Assembly: GCA_965224705.1 (NCBI GenBank) | Contig: OZ245056.1 | Coordinates: 2,336,001 to 2,400,000, forward strand | DNA length: 64,000 nucleotides | DNA from: Spirochaetaceae bacterium | GTDB taxonomy: Bacteria; Spirochaetota; Spirochaetia; DSM-2461 | Reading direction: 5' to 3' | Part shown: piece after piece, positions 1-11,500 of the stretch | Layout: each line of letters starts with the position of its first letter | How positions within the stretch are numbered: position 1 is the stretch's first letter | Made by a program: the position numbers and the translations under genes | The notes under the pieces: generated by a model | What the model was told of the DNA's origin: nothing | Databases searched by the model: none | The model's input: only the letters and a program-made list of their open reading frames with translations

Positions 1-1581
1 CAGTTGGGAAATGAAGGATTGGATGTTCTCGTAACGCCATTTTGCTATTTGACTGTTATGCTGAAACTCCTGAGACAGATGACTCCAGTACTCGATTTCT
101 TCCACAATTTCCTTGAGAAGACTGGCAAGTGTGGTTTTCTTCTCCTGACTACGGCTGAATAGGCTCCTGTATTGCTCGATAAAATCGACAAATTCGGCCA
201 ATCCTGCACGTGTCTTCTCATTGATCATGTTTTCGTTGCTGAAGACTATACTGGAGGCGGTAGAGTAGAGAGTATGACCGTTTCTCCCTGCCATCTTCAC
301 AATTATTTCCAGAGTGGATTTTCCTATTCCACGGCGGGGTGTATTGATGATTCGAAGGAAGTTCACATCATCATCAGGATTATCGATCACTCTGAGATAA
401 GCTATGATGTCCTTGATTTCCTGCCGACTGTAGAAACTGGTTCCTCCACTGACAGAATAGGGGATGTCGCTGGAGAGAAGGGCTGTTTCAATGCTCCTCA
501 TGAGGGTATTTGTTCTTACAAGTATTCCTATTCTGCCGTAGGAAATGTTGTGTTCAATCCGGGAGGAAATAATTGTCTCGGCTATTGATTCCGCTTCTTC
601 AATTTCATTTTCCGGGGTCATGAACTGTATCGTCATCTCTTCATGCTGATTATGAGTCCATAGATTCTTATTCTTTCTATCACTGTTGTTGGCTATAACG
701 GCGTTCGCTGCTTTGAGAATGGTTCCGGTTGAGCGGTAGTTTCTTTCCATCTTGATTTCCTGCAGATCCGGAAAATCCTTTTCAAAACTGAGAATATTGG
801 TGAAATCAGCGCCTCTCCAGGAGTATATGGATTGATCATCATCGCCAACACAGCATAGATTCCTGTGCTTCTCACCAAGAAGCTTCACCAATTGGTACTG
901 GATGGCCGATGTGTCCTGGAATTCATCGACCATTATGTATCTATAGCGTTGACTGTATTCATTCAGTATTGCTTCATCGTTTTCAAAAAGTTTGAGAGGT
1001 TCCACTATGAGGTCGTCGAAATCCACAGCATTATGGATTCGCATCAAGGATGTATACTCATCATACATTGGTTTGTGGATGCTGTTGATTTCATCCCAAT
1101 GCATTCGACGGGTTTTTATACCGGAAAATAGATTGGCCAGGGCATTTATTTCCGAGAGTTCATAGTTGATTTTGAGTTCCCTGGCTGCTTTCTTGAGAGT
1201 ACTGATTTTTTCGGACAGGTCATAGATGGTGAATTTCGGCCGGAGTCCAGTTACTTTTCCCTGTTCGTTAAGTATACGGACACCGAAGGCGTGAAAGGTG
1301 GATACTGTGAGATTGGAGAGCTTTTGCCTGAGAAGATCTTTCACTCTCTCCTGCATTTCTCCAGCGGCTTTGTTGGTGAAGGTAAGAGCCAGTATGTTTG
1401 ACTGTGGTATCCCCTGATTCAGCATCCAGGCTATCCGTGCCGTAATGACACCAGTTTTTCCACTGCCGGCACCGGCGACAATAAGCAGGGGACCCTCTAT
1501 CGTGTTGACCGCCAGTTTCTGCTCAGGATTGAGCTGTTTTAATACTTTTTCAAGAGATTTCCCGGAGTTTGATTCAGACAT
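1..1581 (-). CDS. UvrD/PcrA/Rep family ATP-dependent DNA helicase (5' part; runs off the window edge)
   Basis: Absent from the ORF track; translated by hand from ATG 1581: QLNPEQKLAV...LIVAGAGSGKT (motif I), ALTFTNKAA, STFHAFG, VDEFQDTS, VGDDDQSIYSWRGA, ERNYRST. Confidence 0.93.
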   Translation of the reverse strand, partial: MSESNSGKSLEKVLKQLNPEQKLAVNTIEGPLLIVAGAGSGKTGVITARIAWMLNQGIPQSNILALTFTNKAAGEMQERVKDLLRQKLSNLTVSTFHAFGVRILNEQGKVTGLRPKFTIYDLSEKISTLKKAARELKINYELSEINALANLFSGIKTRRMHWDEINSIHKPMYDEYTSLMRIHNAVDFDDLIVEPLKLFENDEAILNEYSQRYRYIMVDEFQDTSAIQYQLVKLLGEKHRNLCCVGDDDQSIYSWRGADFTNILSFEKDFPDLQEIKMERNYRSTGTILKAANAVIANNSDRKNKNLWTHNQHEEMTIQFMTPENEIEEAESIAETIISSRIEHNISYGRIGILVRTNTLMRSIETALLSSDIPYSVSGGTSFYSRQEIKDIIAYLRVIDNPDDDVNFLRIINTPRRGIGKSTLEIIVKMAGRNGHTLYSTASSIVFSNENMINEKTRAGLAEFVDFIEQYRSLFSRSQEKKTTLASLLKEIVEEIEYWSHLSQEFQHNSQIAKWRYENIQSFISQL

Positions 1582-2050
1582 GTTTGATAAGAAGATCCAG
1601 TGCTTCGACACCAAGAAGAGTAATGGTGGAAACGATGAGACCGGATATGGCAACACCGGCCAGTACGGCCAGCATTGTTCGCCGTCGGCTCAATCCCAGA
1701 AACCAGGCCGCAAAGGTTCCAGTCCAGACTCCAGTCACAGGCAGTGGTATGCCGACAAAAACTGTTATTCCCCAGAATCCCCACCGATCAATTTTGTTGA
1801 TGAGCTTCCGCCTGGCTCTCTCAACAAATCTGTCAAAAAGCCGACGATAGAAACCCACTTTGTAGAATAGTCTGTGGGCGGTATCCAGGAAGACGTATGC
1901 AACAGGTGCGACCATGGCATTGACAATGACACAGTATGGGTAGGCTATATACAGCGGATAATTACCTTCAAGAAGAGCGTAGGGCAAACCTCCACGAAGT
2001 TCAGCTATTGGTAGAAGTGTGAGCAAAGTTGTCCAGATCCAATGTCTCAT
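1574..2050 (-). CDS. Small multi-drug export family (COG2426-like) membrane protein
   Basis: LLPIAELRGGLPY and FVGIPLPVTGVWTG motifs; about 4 hydrophobic helices. Confidence 0.8.
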   Translation of the reverse strand: MRHWIWTTLLTLLPIAELRGGLPYALLEGNYPLYIAYPYCVIVNAMVAPVAYVFLDTAHRLFYKVGFYRRLFDRFVERARRKLINKIDRWGFWGITVFVGIPLPVTGVWTGTFAAWFLGLSRRRTMLAVLAGVAISGLIVSTITLLGVEALDLLIKHV

Positions 2051-2084
2051 AATGCTGTCAGCATGGCTGGAAGAATGAAAGGAG

Positions 2085-2990
2085 TCAAGTGAGAGGAATG
2101 CGGTAATGGGCTATTGCTCTTAAAAGCCTTCTCATCAAAAAAAAGGCACGCGGCTCCAGGGATTCAGGAGTATCGAAAGGTGTGTGTTTCTTCTGCCAGG
2201 TTTCAGGTGTAGTTTTACTCATTCTCTCCCTGTGCTTTGCAGGTTCATCTCTCCTGGTTTCTCCTGTTTCCCTGGATGCCGATTTCAGTAACTCCCTGGC
2301 TTCCAGCCTTGGCAGCAGTGAAATCTGGATTGCTGGATAACCACCAAGAAGTAAACCCAGGTCGTCAGAGAATTCGGGGTTTATACCATAGTCAACATCC
2401 CGGGAGAATTTTTTGAGTAATTTCTCCAGAGTATTGTGAGCTTTCGATATGGAGTTGTTTCCTATCTGCAACCCTGCCTTGTGTAAACTGTGTCCCCAGA
2501 CAAGAGTATCACCAATTCCGCACATGTCGAGTACAAGAAAAAGTATGTTGTTGATTCCCAACCGATTCAAATGTCTGGCAAGCATCCAGCTTCCCTGATC
2601 GGTGGCTTTCATGTCCCCTGTGAGTTCTTCCTTATCTGTAAAAAGAATCTGTGTATGATGCAGCAGTTTTTCCTGCTTCATTTCTTCCCAGAAGGAGAGG
2701 AGTTGAAAGACGGCTGCAGAATTGTCGTTTGCTCCCGGGGAGTTTTCCACACGATCATAATGAGCTGTTAAGGTTATCCGATAGTATTTCTGCTCCTGCA
2801 TTTTCGGAGTTGGCAGCAGGATGTGCTTTGATTGGCCCAGGGGGATGACTTTGTAAAGGATCTCCCGGCGGTTAATTGATCGTGTAAGAACTTCAAACCT
2901 GTCAGCATCATGCCTGCAGAATGCGTCAAGTTCCTTTTTATCCATCTCAGGAAGAGGTAGATAACTAAGGCGATCAATTTCTTTTCCCAT
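2085..2990 (-). CDS. M28 family metallopeptidase
   Basis: TAHYD, PGANDNSAAV, FTDKEE, LDMCG and SD motifs typical of M28 aminopeptidases. Confidence 0.8.
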   Translation of the reverse strand: MGKEIDRLSYLPLPEMDKKELDAFCRHDADRFEVLTRSINRREILYKVIPLGQSKHILLPTPKMQEQKYYRITLTAHYDRVENSPGANDNSAAVFQLLSFWEEMKQEKLLHHTQILFTDKEELTGDMKATDQGSWMLARHLNRLGINNILFLVLDMCGIGDTLVWGHSLHKAGLQIGNNSISKAHNTLEKLLKKFSRDVDYGINPEFSDDLGLLLGGYPAIQISLLPRLEARELLKSASRETGETRRDEPAKHRERMSKTTPETWQKKHTPFDTPESLEPRAFFLMRRLLRAIAHYRIPLT

Positions 2991-3107
2991 TTTGAACTTG
3001 TATACAATTTCAGAAGTATTGTATATCCTTGAGCGAATAAGGGCATCTGCATAAACAACAATTGAGTTTGCGGCTGCTCAGAAGAACTAGACTCGAGGGA
3101 TATTGTT

Positions 3108-4757
3108 GTGATTAATGCACTTGCCAGAAATTCTTTCTATAAGAAGAGAAAAGGACCGGTTGTTCTATGCATCATGGATGGTGTGGGGATTGGGAAATAC
3201 GACGAGGGGAATGCGGTCAAAGCTGCCCGAATGGAATACTTCAATGAGGCCTGGAACAATTGGCCATCAACTCTGTTGAAGGCCCACGGCAGGATGGTTG
3301 GATTGCCTTCTGATGGAGATATGGGCAATTCTGAGGTAGGACACAATGCCATGGGATGTGGACGGGTTTTTGCCCAGGGTGCAAAACTGGTCAATGAGGC
3401 CATAGATACAGGTAGACTCTTCCAGGGGAAAACCTGGGTAAAACTCATAGACAACGTGAAGAAGACAGGGGGAACTCTTCATTTCGTCGGTTTGATCTCT
3501 GATGGAAATGTCCACTCTCACCTGGATCACCTGAAAGCCTTGATTAATGGAGCAAAGTCTTCCGGAGTCAGCACGGTTCGTATTCATGGTCTGCTGGATG
3601 GAAGGGATGTCGGGGAAACCAGTGCCCTTGATTTCTTCACACCCTTTGAAAAGTTTCTGGAAGATGTTTCAGATGACGCTTTTGACGCAGGATTGGCCTC
3701 CGGCGGGGGGCGTATGAACATAACAATGGATCGATATGATGCTGACTGGAGTATGGTTGAACGTGGTTGGAAAACCCATGTTCTTGCCGAAGGAGAGGTT
3801 TTTGAGAGTGCGACCCAGGCCATTAAAACTCTCAGGGAGAGAACAGGGGCTATAGACCAGGATTTGCCTGCTTTCGTTGTTGCAGGAAGGGATGGAAAAC
3901 CTGCCGGACCCATTATTGATGGTGACAGTGTGATCTTATTCAACTTTCGGGGTGACAGGGCTATAGAATTATCAAAGGCTTTTGAGAGTGGACCGGAATT
4001 CGACAGATTTAATCGGGTGCGAGTTCCCGATGTGGAGTTTGCGGGTATGATGGAGTACGATGGGGATGCCCACATCCCTGGTCAGTATTTAGTGACACCT
4101 CCGGCCATTGATAGAACTATGGCCGAATACCTGGTTAAATCAGGGGTACGGCAATTCTCAATCAGTGAAACTCAGAAATTCGGGCATGTTACATATTTCT
4201 GGAATGGAAATCGGACTGGATACTTTAATGAGTCCCTGGAAACCTATGTGGAGATCCCCTCAGATATTGTTCCATTTGAGCAAAGACCGGCTATGAAGTG
4301 TGCGGAAATTGCTGACAGAGTGATTGATGTTGTCAGGAACGGTGAGTATGAATTCATCAAAATCAATTTCCCCAATGGAGACATGGTGGGACATACAGGT
4401 GTGTTTCAAGCGGCACAGGCTTCCCTGGAATGCATGGATCTTCAAATCGGACGCTTGATCAAAGCGGTAGAATCTGTGGGAGGAGTACTTATTCTTACCG
4501 CTGATCATGGGAATTCAGATGACATGTACGAACGAAAGAAGGGGGAAGTTGTGTATAAGGAAAATGGTAAACCCAAAGCTAAAACATCGCACACCCTGAA
4601 TCCGGTTCCTTTCCTGCTGTTCGACCCCAACTACAATGGGGAGTATTCACAGAAATTCAATGAGGAACTGGGTATAAGTTCAGTAGCGGCTACCTGCATA
4701 AACCTCCTTGGCTTTGAGGCCCCGGAGGACTATGATCCTTCCATCATTAATTTCTAA
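3108..4757 (+). CDS. gpmI: 2,3-bisphosphoglycerate-independent phosphoglycerate mutase
   Basis: IMDGVG, MGNSEVGHNAMG, SDGNVHSH, LDGRDV, FNFRGDR, SETQKFGHVTYF, NGDMVGHTG, TADHGN, TSHT. Confidence 0.97.
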   Translation: MINALARNSFYKKRKGPVVLCIMDGVGIGKYDEGNAVKAARMEYFNEAWNNWPSTLLKAHGRMVGLPSDGDMGNSEVGHNAMGCGRVFAQGAKLVNEAIDTGRLFQGKTWVKLIDNVKKTGGTLHFVGLISDGNVHSHLDHLKALINGAKSSGVSTVRIHGLLDGRDVGETSALDFFTPFEKFLEDVSDDAFDAGLASGGGRMNITMDRYDADWSMVERGWKTHVLAEGEVFESATQAIKTLRERTGAIDQDLPAFVVAGRDGKPAGPIIDGDSVILFNFRGDRAIELSKAFESGPEFDRFNRVRVPDVEFAGMMEYDGDAHIPGQYLVTPPAIDRTMAEYLVKSGVRQFSISETQKFGHVTYFWNGNRTGYFNESLETYVEIPSDIVPFEQRPAMKCAEIADRVIDVVRNGEYEFIKINFPNGDMVGHTGVFQAAQASLECMDLQIGRLIKAVESVGGVLILTADHGNSDDMYERKKGEVVYKENGKPKAKTSHTLNPVPFLLFDPNYNGEYSQKFNEELGISSVAATCINLLGFEAPEDYDPSIINF

Positions 4758-4844
4758 CGGCAGCCAGAGAGGTTTTGCTGCAGTCATTTTGTATTGTTAT
4801 GGCAGTGATTCGACGAAAGAAGATCCGCATTGTATCTTTTTCGG

Positions 4845-4957
4845 AGTATCAGAAAGCTTGTTAAACTCTCTCTGTTTCTAGCAGTTGCAGGGTTCTAAGC
4901 CGTCAAAACAGCCGTGCTAAAGAAATATTTTTCTGATTTAACAAGCTTGCTGACACT
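4845..4957. mobile_element. MITE family A, 113-bp copy
   Basis: Ends AGTATCAGAAAGCTTGTTAA...TTAACAAGCTTGCTGACACT match the terminal inverted repeats (TIRs) of the IS at 33006-36514. Confidence 0.75.
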
Positions 4958-5046
4958 CGTGTTTTTTTTAACTCACAGTTTCAGCCATATGACGATTAAC
5001 TTGTTAAGAAGCGTAAATTATTGAGTTGGAAAGGGCGGTGAAGATT

Positions 5047-5466
5047 TCAAGCATGGTTCAGCAGTTCTTTTTCTATTCGTGTTTTAAGCATTGTAAATAC
5101 CCTGTCAAATGAGGCGTTAATTTCTTCTTCACTGCCTGTTGCGGCGGCAGGGTCAGGGGTGCTCCAGTGGAGTCTCTCATATTTGCCAGGGAAGACGGGG
5201 CAAACTTCGCTTGCGGCGGCATCACAGACTGTTATGACCAGATCAAAACTTGTTTCCACAAACTCATTCCATGACTTACTGTACAGTTTGCCTATCTCAA
5301 TTCCATGGCGTTTAAGCGTTTCAAGGGATTTAGGATGTACAAATCCGGCTGGCTTGCTGCCCGCACTCATGGCTTTGCAGCGTCCAGTTCCCAGATGATT
5401 GATGAGAGCCTCGGCCATCACCGAGCGGCAGGAATTACCGGTGCAGAGAACAAGGATGTTTTTCAT
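5047..5466 (-). CDS. arsC: Arsenate reductase, LMW-PTP/thioredoxin type
   Basis: LCTGNSCRS P-loop, ITVCD, CPVFPG, HW..PDP. Confidence 0.9.
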   Translation of the reverse strand: MKNILVLCTGNSCRSVMAEALINHLGTGRCKAMSAGSKPAGFVHPKSLETLKRHGIEIGKLYSKSWNEFVETSFDLVITVCDAAASEVCPVFPGKYERLHWSTPDPAAATGSEEEINASFDRVFTMLKTRIEKELLNHA

Positions 5467-5558
5467 CTCACAGTATCCATTTTTTAGACTTCGCCGTGCA
5501 GTGGGCTATGCCGCTGATACTCGTCGAAACGGAGCCGCCGCAGGGATCATGATGCTCA

Positions 5559-8500
5559 CTACTTATTCTCGTTAACACGTATAATGATGCTCGCCTTTTT
5601 CAAGCCGGTCCAGTTTCCGGTACCGGCGGCAGTAATCTGGTAGGCAGTATAGGCCTGTACCGCTGCGGATGGACCAACCGTAATCGTGCCCGTCTCAGGA
5701 TTGATGCTTATACCATCAGGCAAAGTTCCGCCGTTCAGGGGAGTCATGCTGTATGTCACTGTAAATCCGGAACTGCTCCATTGAGGAGTGCGTGACTTGC
5801 TTCTACCCTCACGAACACTGATATTATCATACGAGAGTATGGCGTCAGTGGGCAGCTCTTTCTGCTTCTGCTCGTTAACACGTATAATGATGCTCGCCTT
5901 TTTCAAGCCGGTCCAGTTTCCGGTACCGGCGGCAGTAATCTGGTAGGCAGTATAGGCCTGTACCGCTGCGGATGGACCAACCGTAATCGTGCCCGTCTCA
6001 GGATTGATGCTTATACCATCAGGCAAAGTTCCGCCGTTCAGGGGAGTCATGCTGTATGTCACTGTAAATCCGGAACTGCTCCATTGAGGAGTGCGTGACT
6101 TGCTTCCACCCTCACGAACACTGATATTATCATACGAGAGTATGGCGTCAGTGGGCAGCTCTTTCTGCTTCTGCTCGTTAACACGTATAATGATGCTCGC
6201 CTTTTTCAAACCGGTCCAGTTTCCGGTACCGGCGGCAGTAATCTGGTAGGCAGTATAGGCCTGTACCGCTGCGGATGGACCAACCGTAATCGTGCCCGTC
6301 TCAGGATTGATGCTTATATCATCAGGCAAAGTTCCGCCGTTCAGGGGAGTCATGCTGTATGTCACTATAAATCCGGAACTGCTCCATTGAGGAGTGCGTG
6401 ACTTGCTTTTACCCTCACGAACACTGATATTATCATACGAGAGTATGGCGTCAGTGGGCAGTGTATACTGTATCTGTAAGGAATGTATCGCACTCCAGGC
6501 TCCTGCTTGCCCATCGCTGTTCAAAGCACGCACTCGCCAGTAATGCGTGTAAAGATTTGTCAGTACCAATCCATGTGTGTAGTTCGCAGCAGTCACTTCA
6601 ACGTTAACAGCAGAACTGCTACTCAGATCTGCTTCGCTGTTCGCTATCTGTAACTGATATTTGTCTGCACCTTTCACTGTATTCCAGCTGAAGGTGGGGG
6701 TGGTGTCCGCAGTGGTGCTGTTATCAGCAGGACTCAGACCGTTCATCGCCGCACCGAATTCTGTCCGCAGGGAATAGGCCTCACTCCAGGCCCCTGTCTG
6801 TCCTTTAGCGTTTAAAGCACGCACTCGCCAGTAATGCGTGTGAAGATTCGCCAGTGCCGTTACAGGTGTGTAGTTCGTACCGGTCACATCAACAGCAGGA
6901 CTGCCATCCAGTTCCGATTCACTGTCGGCTATCTGTATCTGATATCTGTCCGCTCCGCTCACGGTAGTCCAGCCGAATGCAGGGGTGGTATCCGTAGTGG
7001 TGCTTCCGTCGGCGGGATTCAGGCCGCTCATCGCCGCACCGAATTCTATCCGCAGGGAATGTGCCGTACTCCAGGCCCCTGCCTGCCCATCGCTATTCAA
7101 AGCACGTACTCGCCAGTAATGTGTCTGAAGATTTGTCAGGGCTGATCCAGGTGTATAGTTCGTACCGGTCACATCAACAGCAGGACTGCTATCCAGTTCC
7201 GCTTCGCTGTCTGCTATTTGTATCTGGTATTTGTCCGCTCCGCTCACGGTAGTCCAGCCGAAAGCAGGCGTGGTGTCCGTGGTGCTGAATCCGTCAGCGG
7301 GACTCAGGCCGTTAATCGCCGCACCAAATTCTATTCCTAAGGAATATGTCTCACTCCAGACTCCTGCCTGCCCATCACCGTTTAAAGCACGCACTCGCCA
7401 GTAATGCGTCTGAAGATTCTTCAGGGACGATCCAGGTGTGTAGTTCGTACCGGTCACATCAACAGCAGGACTGCCATCCAGTTCCGATTCACTGTCTGCT
7501 ATCTGTATCTGATATCTGTCCGCTTCGTTTACGGTAGTCCATCCAAACGCAGGCGTGGTGTCCGTGGTGTTGAATCCGTCAGCGGGACTCAGACCGTTAA
7601 TTGTCACACCAAATGTTGTCCGCAGGGAATGTGCCGTACTCCAGGCTCCTGCCTGCCCATCGCTATTCAAAGCACGCACTCGCCAGTAATGCATCTGAAG
7701 ATTCGTCAGTGCCGTTACAGGTGTGTAGTCCGTACCGGTCACTTCAGCGTAAATATCAGAACTGTTACTCAGTTCTATTTCGCTGTCCTCTATCTGTATC
7801 TGATATTTATTCGCTCCGCTCACAGCATTCCAGCCGAAAGCAGGCGTGGTGTCCGTGGTGCTGAATCCGTCAGCGGGACTCAGGCCGTTAATCGCCGCAC
7901 CAAATTCTATTCCTAAGGAATATGTCTCACTCCAGACTCCTGCCTGCCCATCACCGTTTAAAGCACGCACTCGCCAGTAATGCGTCTGAAGATTCTTCAG
8001 GGACGATCCAGGTGTGTAGTTCGTACCGGTCACATCAACAGCAGGACTGCCATCCAGTTCCGATTCACTGTCTGCTATCTGTATCTGATATCTGTCCGCT
8101 TCGTTTACGGTAGTCCATCCAAACGCAGGCGTGGTGTCCGTGGTGTTGAATCCGTCAGCGGGACTCAGACCGTTAATTGTCACACCAAATGTTGTCCGCA
8201 GGGAATGTGCCTCACTCCAGGCTCCTGCCTGCCCATCGCTATTCAAAGCACGCACTCGCCAGTAATGCATCTGAAGATTCGTCAGTGCCGTTACAGGTGT
8301 GTAGTCCGTACCGGTCACTTCAGCGTAAATATCAGAACTGTTACTCAGTTCTATTTCGCTGTCCTCTATCTGTATCTGATATTTATTCGCTCCGCTCACA
8401 GCATTCCAGCCGAAAGCAGGCGTGGTGTCCGTGGTGCTGAATCCGTCAGCGGGACTCAGGCCGTTAATCGCCGCACCAAATTCTATCCGCAAGGAATAGG

Positions 8501-11500
8501 TTTCACTCCAGACTCCTGCCTGCCCATCACCGTTTAAAGCACGCACTCGCCAGTAATGCGTCTGAAGATTCTTCAGGGACGATCCAGGTGTGTAGTTCGT
8601 ACCGGTCACATCAACAGCAGGACTGCCATCCAGTTCCGATTCACTGTCTGCTATCTGTATCTGATATCTGTCCGCTTCGTTTACGGTAGTCCATCCAAAC
8701 GCAGGGGTGGTATCCGTGGTGGTGCTTCTATCAGCGGGACTCAGGCCGTTAATCGCCGCACCAAATTCTATTCCTAAGGAATGTGTCTCACTCCAGGCTC
8801 CTGCCTGCCCATTGCTCAAAGCACGCACTCGCCAGTAATGTGTCTGAAGATTCGTCAGGGCCGATCCATGTGTGTAGCCCGTACCGGTCACTCCAACGTC
8901 AATATCGGGACTCCCATCCAGTTCCGCTTTGCTGCCTGCTATCTGTATCTGGTATCTGTCCGCTCCGCTTACGGCATTCCATCCAAACGCAGGGGTGGTG
9001 TCCGTGGTGGTGAATCCGTTGTCGGGACTCAGGCCGTTAATCGCCGCACCAAATTCTACTCCCAGGGAATAGGCCGCGCTCCAGTCTCCCGCCTGATTAC
9101 TCCCGTCCAAAGCACGCACTCGCCAGTAATGTGTCTGAAAATTCGTCAATGCTGTCTCAAGTGTGTAGACCGTACCGGTCACATCAACAGCAGGACTCCC
9201 ATCCAGTTCCGCTTTGCTGCCTGCTATCTGTATCTGGTATTTGTCCGCTCCGTCCAGATTAGTCCAGACGAAGGTGGGGGTGGTATCCGCAGTGGTGCTT
9301 CCGTCAGCGGGACTCAGGCCGTTAATCGCCGCACCAAATTCTATCCGTAAGGAATGTGTCGCACTCCAGTCCCCCGCCTGATTGCTCCCGTTCAAAGCAC
9401 GCACTCGCCAGTAATGCGTCTGAAGATTCGTCAGTGCTGCTGCAGGTGTGTATTCCGTACCGGTCACTTCAACGCCAATGGAAGAACTGCTGCTCAGTTC
9501 TGCTTCGCTGCCTGCTATCTGTATCTGATATTTATTCGCTCCGCTCACAGCATTCCAGTTGAAGGAAGGCGTGGTGCTCAAAGTGTTGCTTCCGTCAGCG
9601 GGACTCAGGCCGTTAATCACCGCACCAAATTCTATCCGCAAGGAATAGGTTTCACTCCAGACTCCTGCCTGCCCATCACCGTTTAAAGCACGCACTCGCC
9701 AGTAATGCGTCTGAAGATTCTTCAGGGACGATCCAGGTGTGTAGTTCGTACCGGTCACATCAACAGCAGGACTGCCATCCAGTTCCGATTCACTGTCTGC
9801 TATCTGTATCTGATATCTGTCCGCTTCGTTTACGGCATTCCATCCAAACGCAGGGGAGGTCTCCGCAGTGTTGCTTCCGTCAGCGGGACTCAGGCCGTTA
9901 ATCGCCGCACCAAATTCTACTCCCAGGGAATAGGCCGCGCTCCAGTCCCCCGCCTGATTGCTCCCGTCCAAAGCACGCACTCGCCAGTAATATGTCTGGA
10001 AATTAGTCAATGCTGTCTCAAGTGTGTAGACCGTACCGGCCACGTCAACATCAGGACTGCCATCCAGTTCCGCTTCACTGTCTGCTATCTGTATCTGGTA
10101 TTTGTCCGCTCCGTCCAGATTAGTCCAGACAAAGGTGGGGGTGGTATCCGCAGTGGTGCTTCCGTCAGTGGGACCCAGACCGCTTATCGCCGCACCAAAT
10201 TCTATCTGTAAGGAATGTGTCGCACTCCAGTCCCCCGCCTGATTGCTCCCGTTCAAAGCACGCACTCGCCAGTAATGCGTCTGAAGATTCGCCAGGGCCG
10301 ATCCATGTGTGTATTCCGTACCGGTTACTTCAGCGTCAACGGAAGAACTGCTGCCCAGTTCTGTTTCACTGCCTGCTATTTGTATTTGATATTTATTCGC
10401 TCCGCTCACAGCATTCCAGCTAAAGGCGGGCATGGTATCCGTGGTGGTGCTTCCGTCAGCGGGACTCAGGCCGCTTATCGCCGCACCAAATTCTATTCGT
10501 AAGGAATGTGTCTCACTCCAGGCCCCTGCCTGCCCATTGCCGTTCAAAGCACGCACTCGCCAGTAATACGTCTGAAGATTCGTCAGTGTTGATCCATGTG
10601 TGTATTCCGTTTCGTTTACTTCAACGTTAACATCAGGATTGCTATCCAGTTTCGCTTCGCTGTCTGCTATTTGTATCTGGTATTTGTCCGCTCCGCTTAC
10701 GGCATCCCATTCGAAAGCAGGCGCAGTTTCCATGGTGCTTCCGTTAGCGGGACTCAGGCCGTTAATCGTCGCACCAAATTCTACCCCCAGGGAATAGGCC
10801 GCGCTCCAACTCCCCGCCTGATTGCTCCCGTTCAAAGCACGCACTCGCCAGTAATGTGTCTGAAAATTCGTCAATGCTGTCTCAAGTGTGTAGACCGTAC
10901 CGGTCACGTCAACAGCAGGACTGCTATCCAGTTCCGCTTCACTGTCTGCTATTTGTATCTGGTATTCGTCCGCTCCGTCCACGGCATTCCATCCGAAAGC
11001 AGGCGTGGTGTCCGTGGTGGTGCTTCCGTCAGCGGGACTCAGTCCGTTTATCCCCATACCAAATCTCATCAGCAAGGAATGCGTCGCACTCCAGGTTCCT
11101 GTTTGCCCATCGCCGCTCAAAGCACGCACTCGCCAGTAATGCGTATTAAGATTCGTCAGCTTCGTTACAGGTGTATAGTCAGTACCACTCACTTCAACGT
11201 CAACAGAAGAACTGCTGCCCAGTTCTGCTTCGCTGTCTGCTATCTGTATTTGATATTTATCCGCTCCTTCCACAGAATTCCAGCTGAAGGCGGGCATGGT
11301 GTCCGAGATGCTGCTTCCATCGGCAGGACTCAGGCCGCTAATCGCTGCACCAAATTCTATCCGCAGGGAATACGTCACACTCCAGGTTCCCGCCTCTTCA
11401 TCGCCGTTTAAAGCACGCATTCGCCAATAATACGTCTGAAGATTCGTCAACGCCTCTCCAGTCGTGTAGTTCGTGTCGCTTACTTCAACGTCAATGGCAG

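Noticed and set aside
172..1131. Plus-strand ORFs 172-588 and 865-1131
   Set aside because: They are antisense shadows of the UvrD/PcrA helicase, which the ORF track missed because it runs off the window.
5562..6461. Diversity-generating retroelement (template/variable repeat) reading of the C-terminal repeats
   Set aside because: No reverse transcriptase in the window, all copies are in-frame coding units, and some differences are T/C changes rather than adenine-specific.
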